From Candidatus Poribacteria bacterium (GTDB taxonomy: Bacteria > Poribacteria > WGA-4E > PCPOR2b): 64,000 nt of DNA. Each line of letters begins with the position of its first letter. The stretch's first letter is position 1. The translations under genes and the position numbers were made by a program. This document shows, piece after piece, positions 10,908 through 21,411 of this stretch. The notes under the pieces are model-generated. The model was not told the DNA's origin. It made no database searches and was given only the letters and a program-made list of their open reading frames with translations. Location: NCBI GenBank assembly GCA_965218095.1, contig OZ244587.1, positions 4,480,001-4,544,000 on the forward strand. The letters run 5' to 3'.

Positions 10908-11125
10908 ATGAGGGGTTAAAGTAGAGTGGGGTTGCCAGTTGAGCGCAACGAAATCCCGATATATCGGGGCCCGTTATATCGCAACCGCCGAAGCACATGA
11001 ACCAGCTAGCAGCAGGCTCTCACCGCTTGGCTTGGATTGCCAAATTCAAGTTGCTTTGAATCCCGATATATTGGGGCCTGAACCGATAGATTTGCTGTGG
11101 ATTTGCCAATCCACAGCGAGCAGGG
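10908..11125 (+). ncRNA. Candidate structured non-coding RNA of unknown class
   Basis: Follows a consensus promoter; no credible ORF; several stems; ends in hairpin TTGCTGTGGATT-TGCC-AATCCACAGCGA. Confidence 0.35.
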
Positions 11126-11167
11126 TTATCAGAATTTATTTCACGCTGTAGGGTCTGAAAGTAATAC

Positions 11168-11196
11168 TTGACACTTGCTATATAATGTTCTATACT
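11168..11196 (+). promoter_or_regulatory. Sigma70-type promoter of tenA
   Basis: TTGACA-17 bp-TATACT, then AGGAGG and ATG at 11218. Confidence 0.7.
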
Positions 11197-11217
11197 GTGT
11201 CAAGAGGAGGCCGTAAC

Positions 11218-11910
11218 ATGGCACAGCAAACAACCAGAGAAGCGGCGTTCACCGAGACGCTTTGGGCTCAGATTCAACCGCTTTTCAACAAGATCTTGTC
11301 CCACCCTTTCATCAAGGGCCTGACCAATGGTAGCCTTCAAGCGGAACAGTTTCAGTTTTATATCGTCCAGGATGCGCTGTACCTTCGGGAATTTTCCTGC
11401 TCCCTCTCTATTGCAGCGGCAAAGGCACCAGAGGAAGAGGCAATGATCATGTTTAATGAACACGCGGCAGGCGCACTGCGAGTCGAACAGTCATTGCACG
11501 CGGGCTTTATTAAGGATTTCGGGCTCTCTGAAACGGCAACCCGAAAAAACCCAATGGCGCCGACCAATTTAGCCTACACCTGCTATCTGCTTGCTGTTGC
11601 TTATGCGCGACCGTTTCATGAGCTTTTGGCGACGGTGTTGCCCTGCTATTGGATTTATTGGGAGGTTGGGAAGGCTTTGCTGGAAGACGGCTCCCCAAAG
11701 CCGCTTTATCAACGTTGGATCAATACTTACGGCGGGGAGGAATTTGGAAATGTTGTGCAAGCCGTGCTCGCGCTGACTAACCAGATTGCCCTTGACCTGA
11801 ACACATCAGAGTGCAAAGCAATGACCCGCCATTTCACCACCACAAGCCGATACGAGTGGATGTTCTGGGAAATGGGTTATCAGCAGGAGCAATGGCCGGT
11901 GACGTGGTGA
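11218..11910 (+). CDS. tenA: Thiaminase II / TenA family
   Basis: HPFIKGLTNGSL, YIVQDALYL, LPCYWIY, YQRWINTY and YEWMFW motifs. Confidence 0.9.
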   Translation: MAQQTTREAAFTETLWAQIQPLFNKILSHPFIKGLTNGSLQAEQFQFYIVQDALYLREFSCSLSIAAAKAPEEEAMIMFNEHAAGALRVEQSLHAGFIKDFGLSETATRKNPMAPTNLAYTCYLLAVAYARPFHELLATVLPCYWIYWEVGKALLEDGSPKPLYQRWINTYGGEEFGNVVQAVLALTNQIALDLNTSECKAMTRHFTTTSRYEWMFWEMGYQQEQWPVTW

Positions 11911-11972
11911 TGAGAAATTTCTGCATTTATTAATTATCTGCCAAGCGATGGGCGAAAAGAGACAAGGAGTTC

Positions 11973-14306
11973 ATGGGTTCATTTGTGGATTACGCATCAC
12001 GCATTACGTTTTACGTTTCAGTCGCCTTGCTGATCGTTTCCATATGTCTGCCACAACCTATATACCCCCAACATACCGATCCTCTGGGGAATCCGGTATT
12101 CGATAAAAGCGGAAAAGAACTTTATAAAATCCAGGCGACCTTTGGTGTGTTAGGAGGAGCGTCACTCTTGCGCCGTGATGCAGAGTTTCGGAAAAAGACA
12201 AGTAATCGGAATTTTTTCACCTTCAATATTCCGAGCGAAAATGTCCGCCATCAATTGACTGTCGGTAACTTCCCGACCAAATTTTCCAGTTTCACGCTCA
12301 ACAAGGAGCTTTTCGATGCTGCACGTTGGAATATCACCGTCCCCAAAGCGGGTGGCAGGGTCTCAGCGTTCATGGCGCGAGTCACGAACAACACCTTTTC
12401 CGTGTCTGGAGAACGGGTTGCACCCATTGAGGATCTGGATATTGTGAGTCGCTCCGATTGGTTCATGGCGGGTTTGCGGGCCGAAGCAAATCTCGGCGCG
12501 TATGGTGTTCAATTGGGTTCGCTGCCGGAATTCATCCTGCCACTACCCAGGTTGGGGATTAACTTTGTGAATCGATTTTTTACAAACTATGATCTCACTC
12601 GCACGACCAATCCGCTCCGCGGAATCACGATTGCCAATCCGCCCCGGGAGTTATTCCTCCGTTTCCGTGATGCCTCACCGGAAAACCCCGGCGGCGCAAA
12701 AGTCTTTCGCACCCGTGTTTTTATTGACGATTTCCTGGAGCAGGATGTAATCGGCGGCAAAGAACCGCCCGGTGTCCTACTCCTGTCGCACAGTAGTGCG
12801 CGTGACGAACGTTCACGTTCGGTGGATGGCGAAGGGACGTTTACCTACCGATTTATCCTGTTCAATCCACAAGACATTAACAGCGTGCGATTTGAAATTG
12901 ATATCGCCAACGACTACCAGGTTGAACTGTCAACGAACAATCAGAATTTTCAGGTAGAACTGAGTGCGCCGGGCAATGTCACGGATGAATCCAACCGAAA
13001 AGTGCATCAGTTTGAATACGGTGAATTGACGGATGAAATCACGATGGGATTTGATCTCCAGACAACGCTGCTCGGATTTTCGATTGAGGCGGAACGTGCA
13101 TGGTATGTGCAAACGAAACAATATCCGCTCTTCAGCGGTAAGCGAACACAACGGACAACCGGCGCATGGTTCATCGATGTGAATCGAAACTTTGGTCCAA
13201 TCACATGGCGGAGCGAATTTACGCGGATTGATCCCTTTTACACCGCACGAAATTTTATAGATGATAACGACGATGATGACCCCTACGCGGATTCGCGTGA
13301 ACCGGAAATCCTGATTGCGGGAAATACCAAGGATGATTTGGATGGCGATCGGGTCAAGGATTGGGATGACGATTTTCTGCTGTTCTTTGCAGACCCGCCA
13401 AAGTTTCGCTTGGGACTTAATCGTGAATCGATCGATTTCAACAACAATGGCGAGCCGGATAACCTCGAAGATGATGATAAACCGAACTACCGTTTCGATT
13501 ACGACGAAGGTTCTTTTGGACACCACACCTACCTTAAGGTCGAATTGCCGTTTGCCCAGGGGCTTTCGATACTCCCTGGATACTATGAGAAGCACCTTAT
13601 TCTCGAACACAAGAGTGCGAGAGGATGGTATAATATCCTATCTTATGCACCGGAGTCGATTCCTCACTTTGGGACGGTCCTATTTCGGCACACCTTTCGC
13701 CGATCTCGCGACATTATCCCCGACGATGTTGTGATTCGCAGTACAGGGGATCTGGTCGAAGACAATTTGGCGCTTCAAAATTATCTCGGCAACATTTTCA
13801 CGATGATTGTCGATTACCAGAACGTTAAAAATCTCACAATTCGCAGCAAATTCAAATATCAACGCGATTCGTTGTTTCACAGCCGGCAGCGGGTTATCGA
13901 TACCGCCCTGATTAACCAGATCCGCTACGATTATAAAGTTCGTGAGGATCTCAGCATCGCTCCGGCTTTTCGCAGCGATCGAATAATCGGCTATACCGTG
14001 CCTTTTGACAAGCGGACGGCCGTTGATACTGTCCGAAACGCTTATATCTTGACCTTAACCCATCAAGTTGCGGCTCAGTTACAATTAAGTGCCGGCGCAC
14101 AATTTCTGACTTGGCGCGACCTCAACGATTCGCAACGGAATTTTAACCGAACCGTTAGCTTCCTGGAGCTCGTGCTACAGGGCGATGCCTTTGGGCAGAA
14201 AATGGGGCTGCTGATGACTGCTGATTACGTTATCCAGAATTTCCTTGAACCGATTGGGGGCGGAGAAAAACAGACGAACATTGGGATTTCGCTGTTCTTA
14301 CTGTAG
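11973..14306 (+). CDS. Secreted or outer-membrane beta-barrel-like protein with an Asp-rich, putatively Ca-binding loop
   Basis: N-terminal hydrophobic segment; amphipathic beta pattern; DDLDGDRVKD and DFNNNGEPD motifs. Confidence 0.55.
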   Translation: MGSFVDYASRITFYVSVALLIVSICLPQPIYPQHTDPLGNPVFDKSGKELYKIQATFGVLGGASLLRRDAEFRKKTSNRNFFTFNIPSENVRHQLTVGNFPTKFSSFTLNKELFDAARWNITVPKAGGRVSAFMARVTNNTFSVSGERVAPIEDLDIVSRSDWFMAGLRAEANLGAYGVQLGSLPEFILPLPRLGINFVNRFFTNYDLTRTTNPLRGITIANPPRELFLRFRDASPENPGGAKVFRTRVFIDDFLEQDVIGGKEPPGVLLLSHSSARDERSRSVDGEGTFTYRFILFNPQDINSVRFEIDIANDYQVELSTNNQNFQVELSAPGNVTDESNRKVHQFEYGELTDEITMGFDLQTTLLGFSIEAERAWYVQTKQYPLFSGKRTQRTTGAWFIDVNRNFGPITWRSEFTRIDPFYTARNFIDDNDDDDPYADSREPEILIAGNTKDDLDGDRVKDWDDDFLLFFADPPKFRLGLNRESIDFNNNGEPDNLEDDDKPNYRFDYDEGSFGHHTYLKVELPFAQGLSILPGYYEKHLILEHKSARGWYNILSYAPESIPHFGTVLFRHTFRRSRDIIPDDVVIRSTGDLVEDNLALQNYLGNIFTMIVDYQNVKNLTIRSKFKYQRDSLFHSRQRVIDTALINQIRYDYKVREDLSIAPAFRSDRIIGYTVPFDKRTAVDTVRNAYILTLTHQVAAQLQLSAGAQFLTWRDLNDSQRNFNRTVSFLELVLQGDAFGQKMGLLMTADYVIQNFLEPIGGGEKQTNIGISLFLL

Positions 14307-14368
14307 CGCACTTACCACGGTCAGGGATTACAAAATCGTAGATTCAAATAGACAAATAGAAAGGAGTC

Positions 14369-15340
14369 ATGACCATGCAACGACAACCGTGGGATGAGAT
14401 GGAGCCGTATGTTCGGCTCATCACCCCCAAACGTATTGTTTTGACTATTGTTATTTTGCTTGCCATAGTTGCCTCAGCAACCAGCTTTTACACTGTTGAA
14501 GCCGATGAGATTGCCGTTGTTCTTATGTTTGGCAAGTTTGTTCGACAGGCTGAACCAGGGCTACACTTCAAGGCACCGCTCGGCATTGAAAAAGCAATAA
14601 GCGTCCCAGTTCGGAAAGTCTTTAAGGAAGAATTCGGGTTTCGTACCCTGCGCGCAGGTGTCCGTACGCAATATGACCCCCGAGATTACGCAGATGAATC
14701 CCTGCTATTAACCGGGGATCTCAATATTGGTGATGTCGAGTGGGTGATTCAGTATAAAATCAAAGAACCCCAAAATTTCCTGTTTGCCATACACGACCCG
14801 CAACGCGCTTTGCGCGACCTGACTGAAGCCGTTATGAGCACGATTATTGGCGACCGCACGGTCACAGAAGTGCTGACTGTTGGACGCATTGAGATCGCTG
14901 CGGAAGTCCAACAGGATCTGCAACGGTTGCTTGACCTGTACCAAACAGGTTTAGATGTGACAACCGTTACCTTGCAGGATGTGAATCCTCCGGACAAAGT
15001 AAAGCCTGCTTTTAACGCCGTCAATGAGGCAAAGCAGGAAAAAGAGCGGTTAATCAACGAGGCCTGGCGAGATTATAACCAATCCGTCCCCAAAGCTAAA
15101 GGTACGGCATTGCAGCAAATCTCTGAGGCACAGGGTTACGCACTGAAGCGTGTCAACGAAGCTCAAGGAGATGCCGATCGATTCAACGCAATTTGGCAGG
15201 AGTACCAAAATGCCAAAGAGGTCACCCGCCGACGGCTTTATCTGGAGACGATGAGAGAGGTTTTGCCTCAAGTCAAGGAGATTTACGTCATTGACGGTCA
15301 ATCCAATATGCCGATTCCAATCTTGCAACTCGGACAATAA
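14369..15340 (+). CDS. hflK: FtsH modulator HflK
   Basis: SPFH domain, LLTGDLNI, LQDVNPP, RRRLYLETM. Confidence 0.92.
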   Translation: MTMQRQPWDEMEPYVRLITPKRIVLTIVILLAIVASATSFYTVEADEIAVVLMFGKFVRQAEPGLHFKAPLGIEKAISVPVRKVFKEEFGFRTLRAGVRTQYDPRDYADESLLLTGDLNIGDVEWVIQYKIKEPQNFLFAIHDPQRALRDLTEAVMSTIIGDRTVTEVLTVGRIEIAAEVQQDLQRLLDLYQTGLDVTTVTLQDVNPPDKVKPAFNAVNEAKQEKERLINEAWRDYNQSVPKAKGTALQQISEAQGYALKRVNEAQGDADRFNAIWQEYQNAKEVTRRRLYLETMREVLPQVKEIYVIDGQSNMPIPILQLGQ

Positions 15341-15381
15341 AGCGAATCTGCAAATGAGCAAATCATGAAAGGATATCCACA

Positions 15382-16341
15382 ATGAGTGCCAAAATATTGT
15401 TAGCGTTGATTATCTTAATCATCGTTATAATCTTAGCCGCGAATATATTCTACGTTGTTCCTGAAGGTGAACAGGTAGTGATTACCGAATTCGGACGTCC
15501 CATTGGGCGACCAATCGTTAACGCAGGGTTAAAGATGAAGACGCCGTTTATCCAGCAGGTACATCGCTTCGAGAAACGCATCCTCGAATGGGACGGTTCT
15601 CCCAACCAGATTCCGACGAAGGATAAGAAATTCATCTGGTTAGATACAACCGCACGTTGGCGTATTAAAGATGCGCTTAAATTCTACCAGGCACTTGGCA
15701 CAGAAGAATTTGCACAATCCCGCTTGGATGACGTAATCGATTCGGCCGCCCGTGATTTGGTGACGGCACAACTGTTGATTGAAGTCGTGCGGAATTCAAA
15801 CCGTGTTTTGGATTTGAATATCGAGGCCCTAGAAGAAGAGGAAGGGCAGGTTGGTGAGCCCCTGGAGGAAATTCAGATTGGGAGAGAGACAATTACGCAA
15901 ATGATCCTCGAAAAGGCGCAGGAAACCGTGCCGCAATTTGGAATCGAGCTAGTTGATGTCCGGATTAAGCGGATTAACTATGTAAACGAAGTGCGCCAGA
16001 AGGTTTTCGCCCGTATGATTTCCGAACGCCAGCGAATCTCTGAGAAGTACAAATCTGAAGGCGAAGGCGAGGCCGCGGATATTATGGGGCAGAAACAGAA
16101 GGAGTTAGAGCGCATTCAATCTGAAGCCTACAAGCAGGCAGAGCAGATTAAAGGTGATGCCGATGCCCAAGCCATCCAGATTTACGCCGAAGCACACGGA
16201 AAAGATCCGGAGTTTTTCGCCTTTCTCCACACCTTGGAGACCTATCGTCAGACGACCAACCCAAATACCAAGTTCATCTTAACGACGGATAGCGATCTCT
16301 ACAGGTATCTCAAAGACAGTGGACTGGTCAAAAAACGGTAG
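15382..16341 (+). CDS. hflC: FtsH modulator HflC
   Basis: SPFH domain, DVRIKRI, RMISER, DPEFFAF. Confidence 0.92.
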   Translation: MSAKILLALIILIIVIILAANIFYVVPEGEQVVITEFGRPIGRPIVNAGLKMKTPFIQQVHRFEKRILEWDGSPNQIPTKDKKFIWLDTTARWRIKDALKFYQALGTEEFAQSRLDDVIDSAARDLVTAQLLIEVVRNSNRVLDLNIEALEEEEGQVGEPLEEIQIGRETITQMILEKAQETVPQFGIELVDVRIKRINYVNEVRQKVFARMISERQRISEKYKSEGEGEAADIMGQKQKELERIQSEAYKQAEQIKGDADAQAIQIYAEAHGKDPEFFAFLHTLETYRQTTNPNTKFILTTDSDLYRYLKDSGLVKKR

Positions 16342-16430
16342 CATAAAACGTAATCTCTTGCCCTGGATGCGCTGATTGCTGGTCGTCATACTTATCCTCG
16401 ATGAACCGCTTTTGAACTTGGAGACTGCAT

Positions 16431-16733
16431 GTGGACATTGCATATTCGGTCAATGGTGTACCGATTCGTCTTACTGACGAAAGGTGGCAACACATTGTTC
16501 ATAATAAGCCCTACATGCAATCCTATTACTAGAAGGTACTCGATACAGTCGAGAATCCCACTTGGGTTTTGCGTGGTCATGGAGGGGCACTCGCAGCGAT
16601 TCAATCCCTTAAAAGACCAAACTATCTATATGTTGTTTATCGAGAGATTGGTCGTGAAGATGGCTTTGTTATTACGGCGTTTTTATCCCGAAAAGTGAAT
16701 CGGAGTGCAATAATATGGCAAAAGAACAATTAG
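16431..16733 (+). pseudogene. RelE/BECR-like toxin with an internal TAG (absent from ORF track)
   Basis: Manual translation MDIAYSVNGVPIRLTDERWQHI...YY*KVL...GFVITAFL; stop at 16530-16532; overlaps the DUF2283 gene start. Confidence 0.65.
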
Positions 16734-17828
16734 AAGAAAGAAGTTTCATTCATCTGCTGAAAGCAGCCTCGCACCTAGGTTCTGTTGACATTTGAGTATA
16801 AGGTTGTGGCATAATAGAAGAATGACGCCAATAACCTTACCTGATGAACAATGGGATAAGATATACCGGTTTCTTCTTAGCTGTCCCACCATCTATGTTG
16901 GCGACGAAGCTGCTACACGCCGCTTCGTCGAAGCCGTCCTGTGGGTGACTCGTAGCGGGGCTCAATGGAGACTTCTACCAGACACCTATGGCAAATGGAA
17001 CACCCGCTACAAGCGTTTTGCTCGATGGTGCGACAAAGGTATCTTCACACAGATGCACCCCCACTTCGCCTCTGACCCCGATATCGAGTCGCTTATTGTG
17101 GACAGTACCATCTGCCGCGCTCACCCGTCTGCGGCGGGCGCCTTAAAAAGCTGGCGCCTTAAAAAAAAGGGTGGCACTGAAAACCAAGCATTAGGTCGGT
17201 CTCGGGGCGGTTTCAGCACAAAAATTCACATCACAGTTGACGGACTAGGCAATCCCCTAAGAATACATCTGACCCCCGGTCAGAGACATGACATAACTGA
17301 GGCGGAAGGGTTGATAATCGGATATAACAGTGAATATGTGATTGGAGACAAGGGGTACGATTCGGACGCTTTTATCGCGGTTATTGAGGCGAATGGAGCG
17401 ATTGCGGTGATACCGCCAAAAAGTCATCGTGTTGACCAAAGAACGTATGACAAACACTTATACAAAGAGAGACATCGGGTTGAATGTTTCATCAACAAGA
17501 TAAAATGGTATCGTCGTATCTTCTCTCGGTTTGAGAAGCTAGCTGTCCGTTATTTTGGATTTCTCAGCTTTGTCTCCACTCTTATATGGCTCCCTTGAAA
17601 TGTCAACAGAACCTAGCACAATTCATCAAGCATCAGATGTGGTTGGACTATGACGAAGAGGTTGATGTCCTTTATCTTCATTTTGAGAATTCAGCGGTAT
17701 CCACCCACAGCGAGATGCGTGAGGATGGCATCGTCCTTGATTACAAAGGCAATCAGTTAGTCGGGCTAACAATTCTTGAAGCCTCTAAGAGGATAAGTGA
17801 AAATGATTCAATCACTCCCGCTATATGA
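16715..17828 (+). pseudogene. DUF2283 family (putative antitoxin) interrupted by IS5
   Basis: Removing the IS and one TA gives in-frame MAKEQLEE...SHLAQFIKHQMWLDYDEEVDVLYL...LVGLTILEAS. Confidence 0.75.
16778..17613 (+). mobile_element. IS5-family element, copy 1; single fused transposase ORF 16792..17598
   Basis: TIRs GGTTCTGTTGACATTT and AAATGTCAACAGAACC; TA duplication; RSGAQWRLLP, GDKGYDS and YKERHRVEC motifs. Confidence 0.93.
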
Positions 17829-18738
17829 TGAAACGATCAGTAGTGCTGCTTCATGCACGACAGGGAAAAAATCCGTTCAATACTCCCCCACGCGCCGCCA
17901 CCCGCCGTGGATTCGGTCAAGGGTTCCATCTGGCCCCAACTATGCCGAGCTCAAGCGCCTGATGCGTGATCTTGAGCTACACACCGTTTGCGAGGAGGCA
18001 CGTTGCCCAAATATCGGCGAGTGTTGGGAAAGCCGGTCCGCCACCTTCATGATCTTGGGCGATGTCTGTACCCGTCGCTGCATGTTTTGTGCAGTCACCA
18101 AAGGAAAACCGGAGGGCGTCGATTTCGATGAACCGCAGCGGCTCGGCGAGGCTGTCGGCTACCTGAAGCTGAAGCACGTTGTGATCACTTCCGTCAACCG
18201 CGATGAGCTTCCCGACGGTGGTGCAAGCATCTTCGCGGCGTGCATCCGTGAGTCGCGTCGGCATAGCCCCGGCTGCACAGTCGAAGTCCTCATCCCAGAC
18301 CTTGAAGGAAATTGGGACGCCCTTGCCGCGGTCGTCGAAGCCAAGCCTGACATTCTCAATCATAATACGGAGACGGTGCCGTGCCTCTATCGTAGGGTTC
18401 GCCCACAAGCCAACTACCAGCGAACTTTAGACCTACTGCGCCTTGGCAAAGAGATGGACCGGACGATGCTGACGAAATCCGGCCTGATGGTGGGTTTAGG
18501 GGAGAGCGTCACAGAATTGCTGCAAACTATGCAGGATATCCGCGATGCGAATTGCGATCTTTTGACAATCGGACAGTACCTTTCGCCGACATCGCGGCAT
18601 CTGCCGATTAAGCGGTATTACACCCCGGCGGAATTTGAGGAGCTCAAAGAAGCTGGGATGGAAATGGGATTCCGCTATGTGGAATCTGGTCCGCTCGTTC
18701 GGAGTTCTTATCATGCACGAGAACAGGCACGACTCTAA
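17797..18738 (+). CDS. lipA: Lipoyl synthase
   Basis: CEEARCPNIGEC, CTRRCMFC and VRSSYHA motifs. Confidence 0.95.
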   Translation: MKMIQSLPLYDETISSAASCTTGKKSVQYSPTRRHPPWIRSRVPSGPNYAELKRLMRDLELHTVCEEARCPNIGECWESRSATFMILGDVCTRRCMFCAVTKGKPEGVDFDEPQRLGEAVGYLKLKHVVITSVNRDELPDGGASIFAACIRESRRHSPGCTVEVLIPDLEGNWDALAAVVEAKPDILNHNTETVPCLYRRVRPQANYQRTLDLLRLGKEMDRTMLTKSGLMVGLGESVTELLQTMQDIRDANCDLLTIGQYLSPTSRHLPIKRYYTPAEFEELKEAGMEMGFRYVESGPLVRSSYHAREQARL

Positions 18739-18786
18739 ATTGTCTCGAAAGAGGGAAAGGAAAGCTGCCGATACAGTAGGGATGGC

Positions 18787-19841
18787 TCAAAGCGATGTTT
18801 TAACGTCCTGCAGATCTGAATCAACCTCAATCATCACCTTCACCCCCGACAGACCAATAACCGTATCGAACCCCTGTTTCGTCTCATCAAGGGGAAATCG
18901 GTGGCTGATCAATGCCTTGACATTCACCGTTCCATGTTTAATCAGTTTGAGGGCAGTGGTGAAATCGTGGCTACCGGTGAGGTTGAGCTGTTTGTAGTGA
19001 ATCATATTCGCATCCACGCTGAGGATTTGAGGCGGATAAAAGCCTGCAAAGAGGTTAACCGTGCCGCAGATTCCCACCATTGCAATACCGATCGCCGCCG
19101 CTTTGGATGTGCCGACAACGACAACGACCGCGTTTGCGTCTCGTCCTTCCGTGAGGTCATGTACAGCTTCAACAGCAACCTCGTTTGAAGCATTGATTAC
19201 ATCGTCTGCGCCAAGCGCTTTGGCTTTTTCAAGTCGCGCCGGAATTCGATCGAAGGCAATTACCCGGGCGCCGAGATGTTTGGCAAGTTGGACGTGCATC
19301 AGCCCAATCTGCCCTGTACCGACCACGACGACATCGTCACCTGCGCGGATATTGCTCCGGTTGACGCCGTTTAAGCAGCAGGCAAGCGGTTCAGTGAAAC
19401 TGGCTTCCTCATACGACACATTGTTAGGTATCCTCCGCAAGTTCTGGGGGATTGCGCAGCCGTATTCACAGAATCCACCCGCCACGAATCCGAGTCTCAG
19501 GTTGCTGCAATAGTTAAAAATTCCCCTTCGACAATAGTAACCAAAGGTTAGTAACATCCCCCGCAGATGACCCGCCAATCTGCTACAACCCGATCTCCGG
19601 GCTGAAACCCTTCGATCCCTTTTCCAACGTCGACAATCTCCCCCGTCCACTCATGCCCCTGAATACGGGGGTAATCGGAGGTCTGCTGTGCCCCGGTGTA
19701 GAAACGGACGTCGCTTGGGCATACGCCACAGGTCTTGATCTTGATCAACGTTTTTGAACCATCAATTGACGGCGTGTCTGCATCCCCGACGCGCAGATCA
19801 TGAGGCGCATAGATCCATGCTGCTTTCATTTTGTCCGGCAT
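18787..19841 (-). pseudogene. Zn-dependent alcohol/polyol dehydrogenase, frameshifted with deletions
   Basis: CGVCPSD and GHE in one frame; EPLACC and GTGQIG in another. Confidence 0.8.
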
Positions 19842-20032
19842 CAGATTTTCCTCAACCCCTATCCAGAAATTGTACAATGATATGGAATGTCTGTTAGATC
19901 TATTTGACAAAGTTTGACAGATATGATATGATTAACTTGCTCTATCGGGCTAGAAACATCAGCGTTTTGACTAGCCCCGGCTTATTAATTAAAATACTTG
20001 AATCATCCGCTCAAGTTGGTTGAAAAGAGGTT

Positions 20033-21270
20033 TGAAGTGCCAACGTTAATTTAGACCAGAAATCATCAAAGTTAAGACAAGTGTTTTTGCTCAAATTCAA
20101 CTGGCGTCAAATACCCTAACGCCGAGTGAGGTCGTTTCTGGTTATAAACCTGTCCAATAAAATGACCGATTCGCGCTCTGGCATCCATTATATCATCGTA
20201 GTCATTGAGATGGACCTCTTCCTCCTTGAGGGTTCTTATCAGCCTCTCAGCATAGCCGTTCTCCCACGGACGCCCCCAATGCGCTAAGGAAATCTCAACC
20301 CCATGACCAATAAGCGTGGAAATATAGGCTGTCGGAAGATACTCAACTCCCTGGTCGCTATGATGAATTTCTGGAATGCTTTGGCTTAATGCCTGTTGCA
20401 ACGGTCTTAATGTGAGAGGTTGTGTCAAGTGCCGACTCATCTGCCAACCTCTTATCATTCGGGTCAAGACATCGATTAACACCGAAACATAGACGAATTG
20501 TCCTTTGAGTCGGACATAGGTGATATCACCGACCCAAACTTGATTGCTTCGACAGATGTCAAGATTCTCAACCCGATTGACCGATTGACCAACACAGTCA
20601 AACGATTGGGTGGTTTGACTGCCACATTTTACGGCGACCCACAGATTATCCGCTTTCATCAATCGGGCGATGCGTCGGTAACCGACCGTGTATCCCATAC
20701 GCAACAGCAACTGCGTGATACGCCTATAGCCATATTTCGGATAACGGGCAGATAGTTTTTCGATTTCATCTCGTAGCACTAGCTCTAAGGGGTCGCTTTT
20801 AGATTGATAATAGAGACTGCTCTGATTGAAGCCGAGAACCTCACAAATGTGTCGAACCGAGTAATCGGTCTGTAAAGCCTCAACCATCTGTCGCTTTTGA
20901 AACCGATTCAAGTCAGCCAAGTCGAGGCTTTTTTTGGATGTCTAATGCTAGGGTCAATCGACCGAGGAGTTGCTCCAGTTGAGCAATCCGCTCTTTAGAG
21001 TCGTTGGATTGCTTATCAGTGGATTCAAAGAGAATCGCTGCGTTGTCAAGGAGTTGGTGTTTCCACTTTGATAGTTGTTCTTCGCTGAGGTTATGCTGTC
21101 GACAGAGTTGCGCTTGTGAACTTTGGTTGGTAAGTGCCTCAATAACGACTTCCGCCTTAAATTGGGGTGTGAATCTTCTTCGTTTTGCCATCGGATTCTC
21201 CTTTCAATCTGACTGTCATTGTATCACAATCTTGGTTTAGACAATGGGCTAAATTTCCGATGGCAGTGCA
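20033..21270 (-). mobile_element. IS3-family element with orfA (20913..21191) and orfB (20072..20920)
   Basis: TG...CA ends with imperfect IRs; HTH orfA; WVGDITY, HHSDQG and WENGYAER motifs; A6G run at the orfA/orfB overlap. Confidence 0.92.
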
Positions 21271-21411
21271 GTTATCGAACTAAGGGTGTATCTAGCTATT
21301 GAGGCGGAATTGAATAGGTAGGGATCCCAGCAACTACGCCCTTCATCAACCAAAGCATCAAAACGAACTTCATGCGTAACTAATGCAGCGTGGCGGAAGT
21401 CCTTATACCAG

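Noticed and set aside
10908-10916. ATGAGGGGT as another end of the 8188-type IS
   Set aside because: Only 9 bp match, with no partner end
10900-11217. TPP, lysine or glycine riboswitch upstream of tenA
   Set aside because: No CTGAGA or CCTGA..GATAA TPP core. CGCCGAAG resembles lysine and glycine aptamers, but their other conserved blocks are absent
16429-16698. 89-aa ORF from the ORF track
   Set aside because: Shadow frame of the toxin pseudogene starting at 16431
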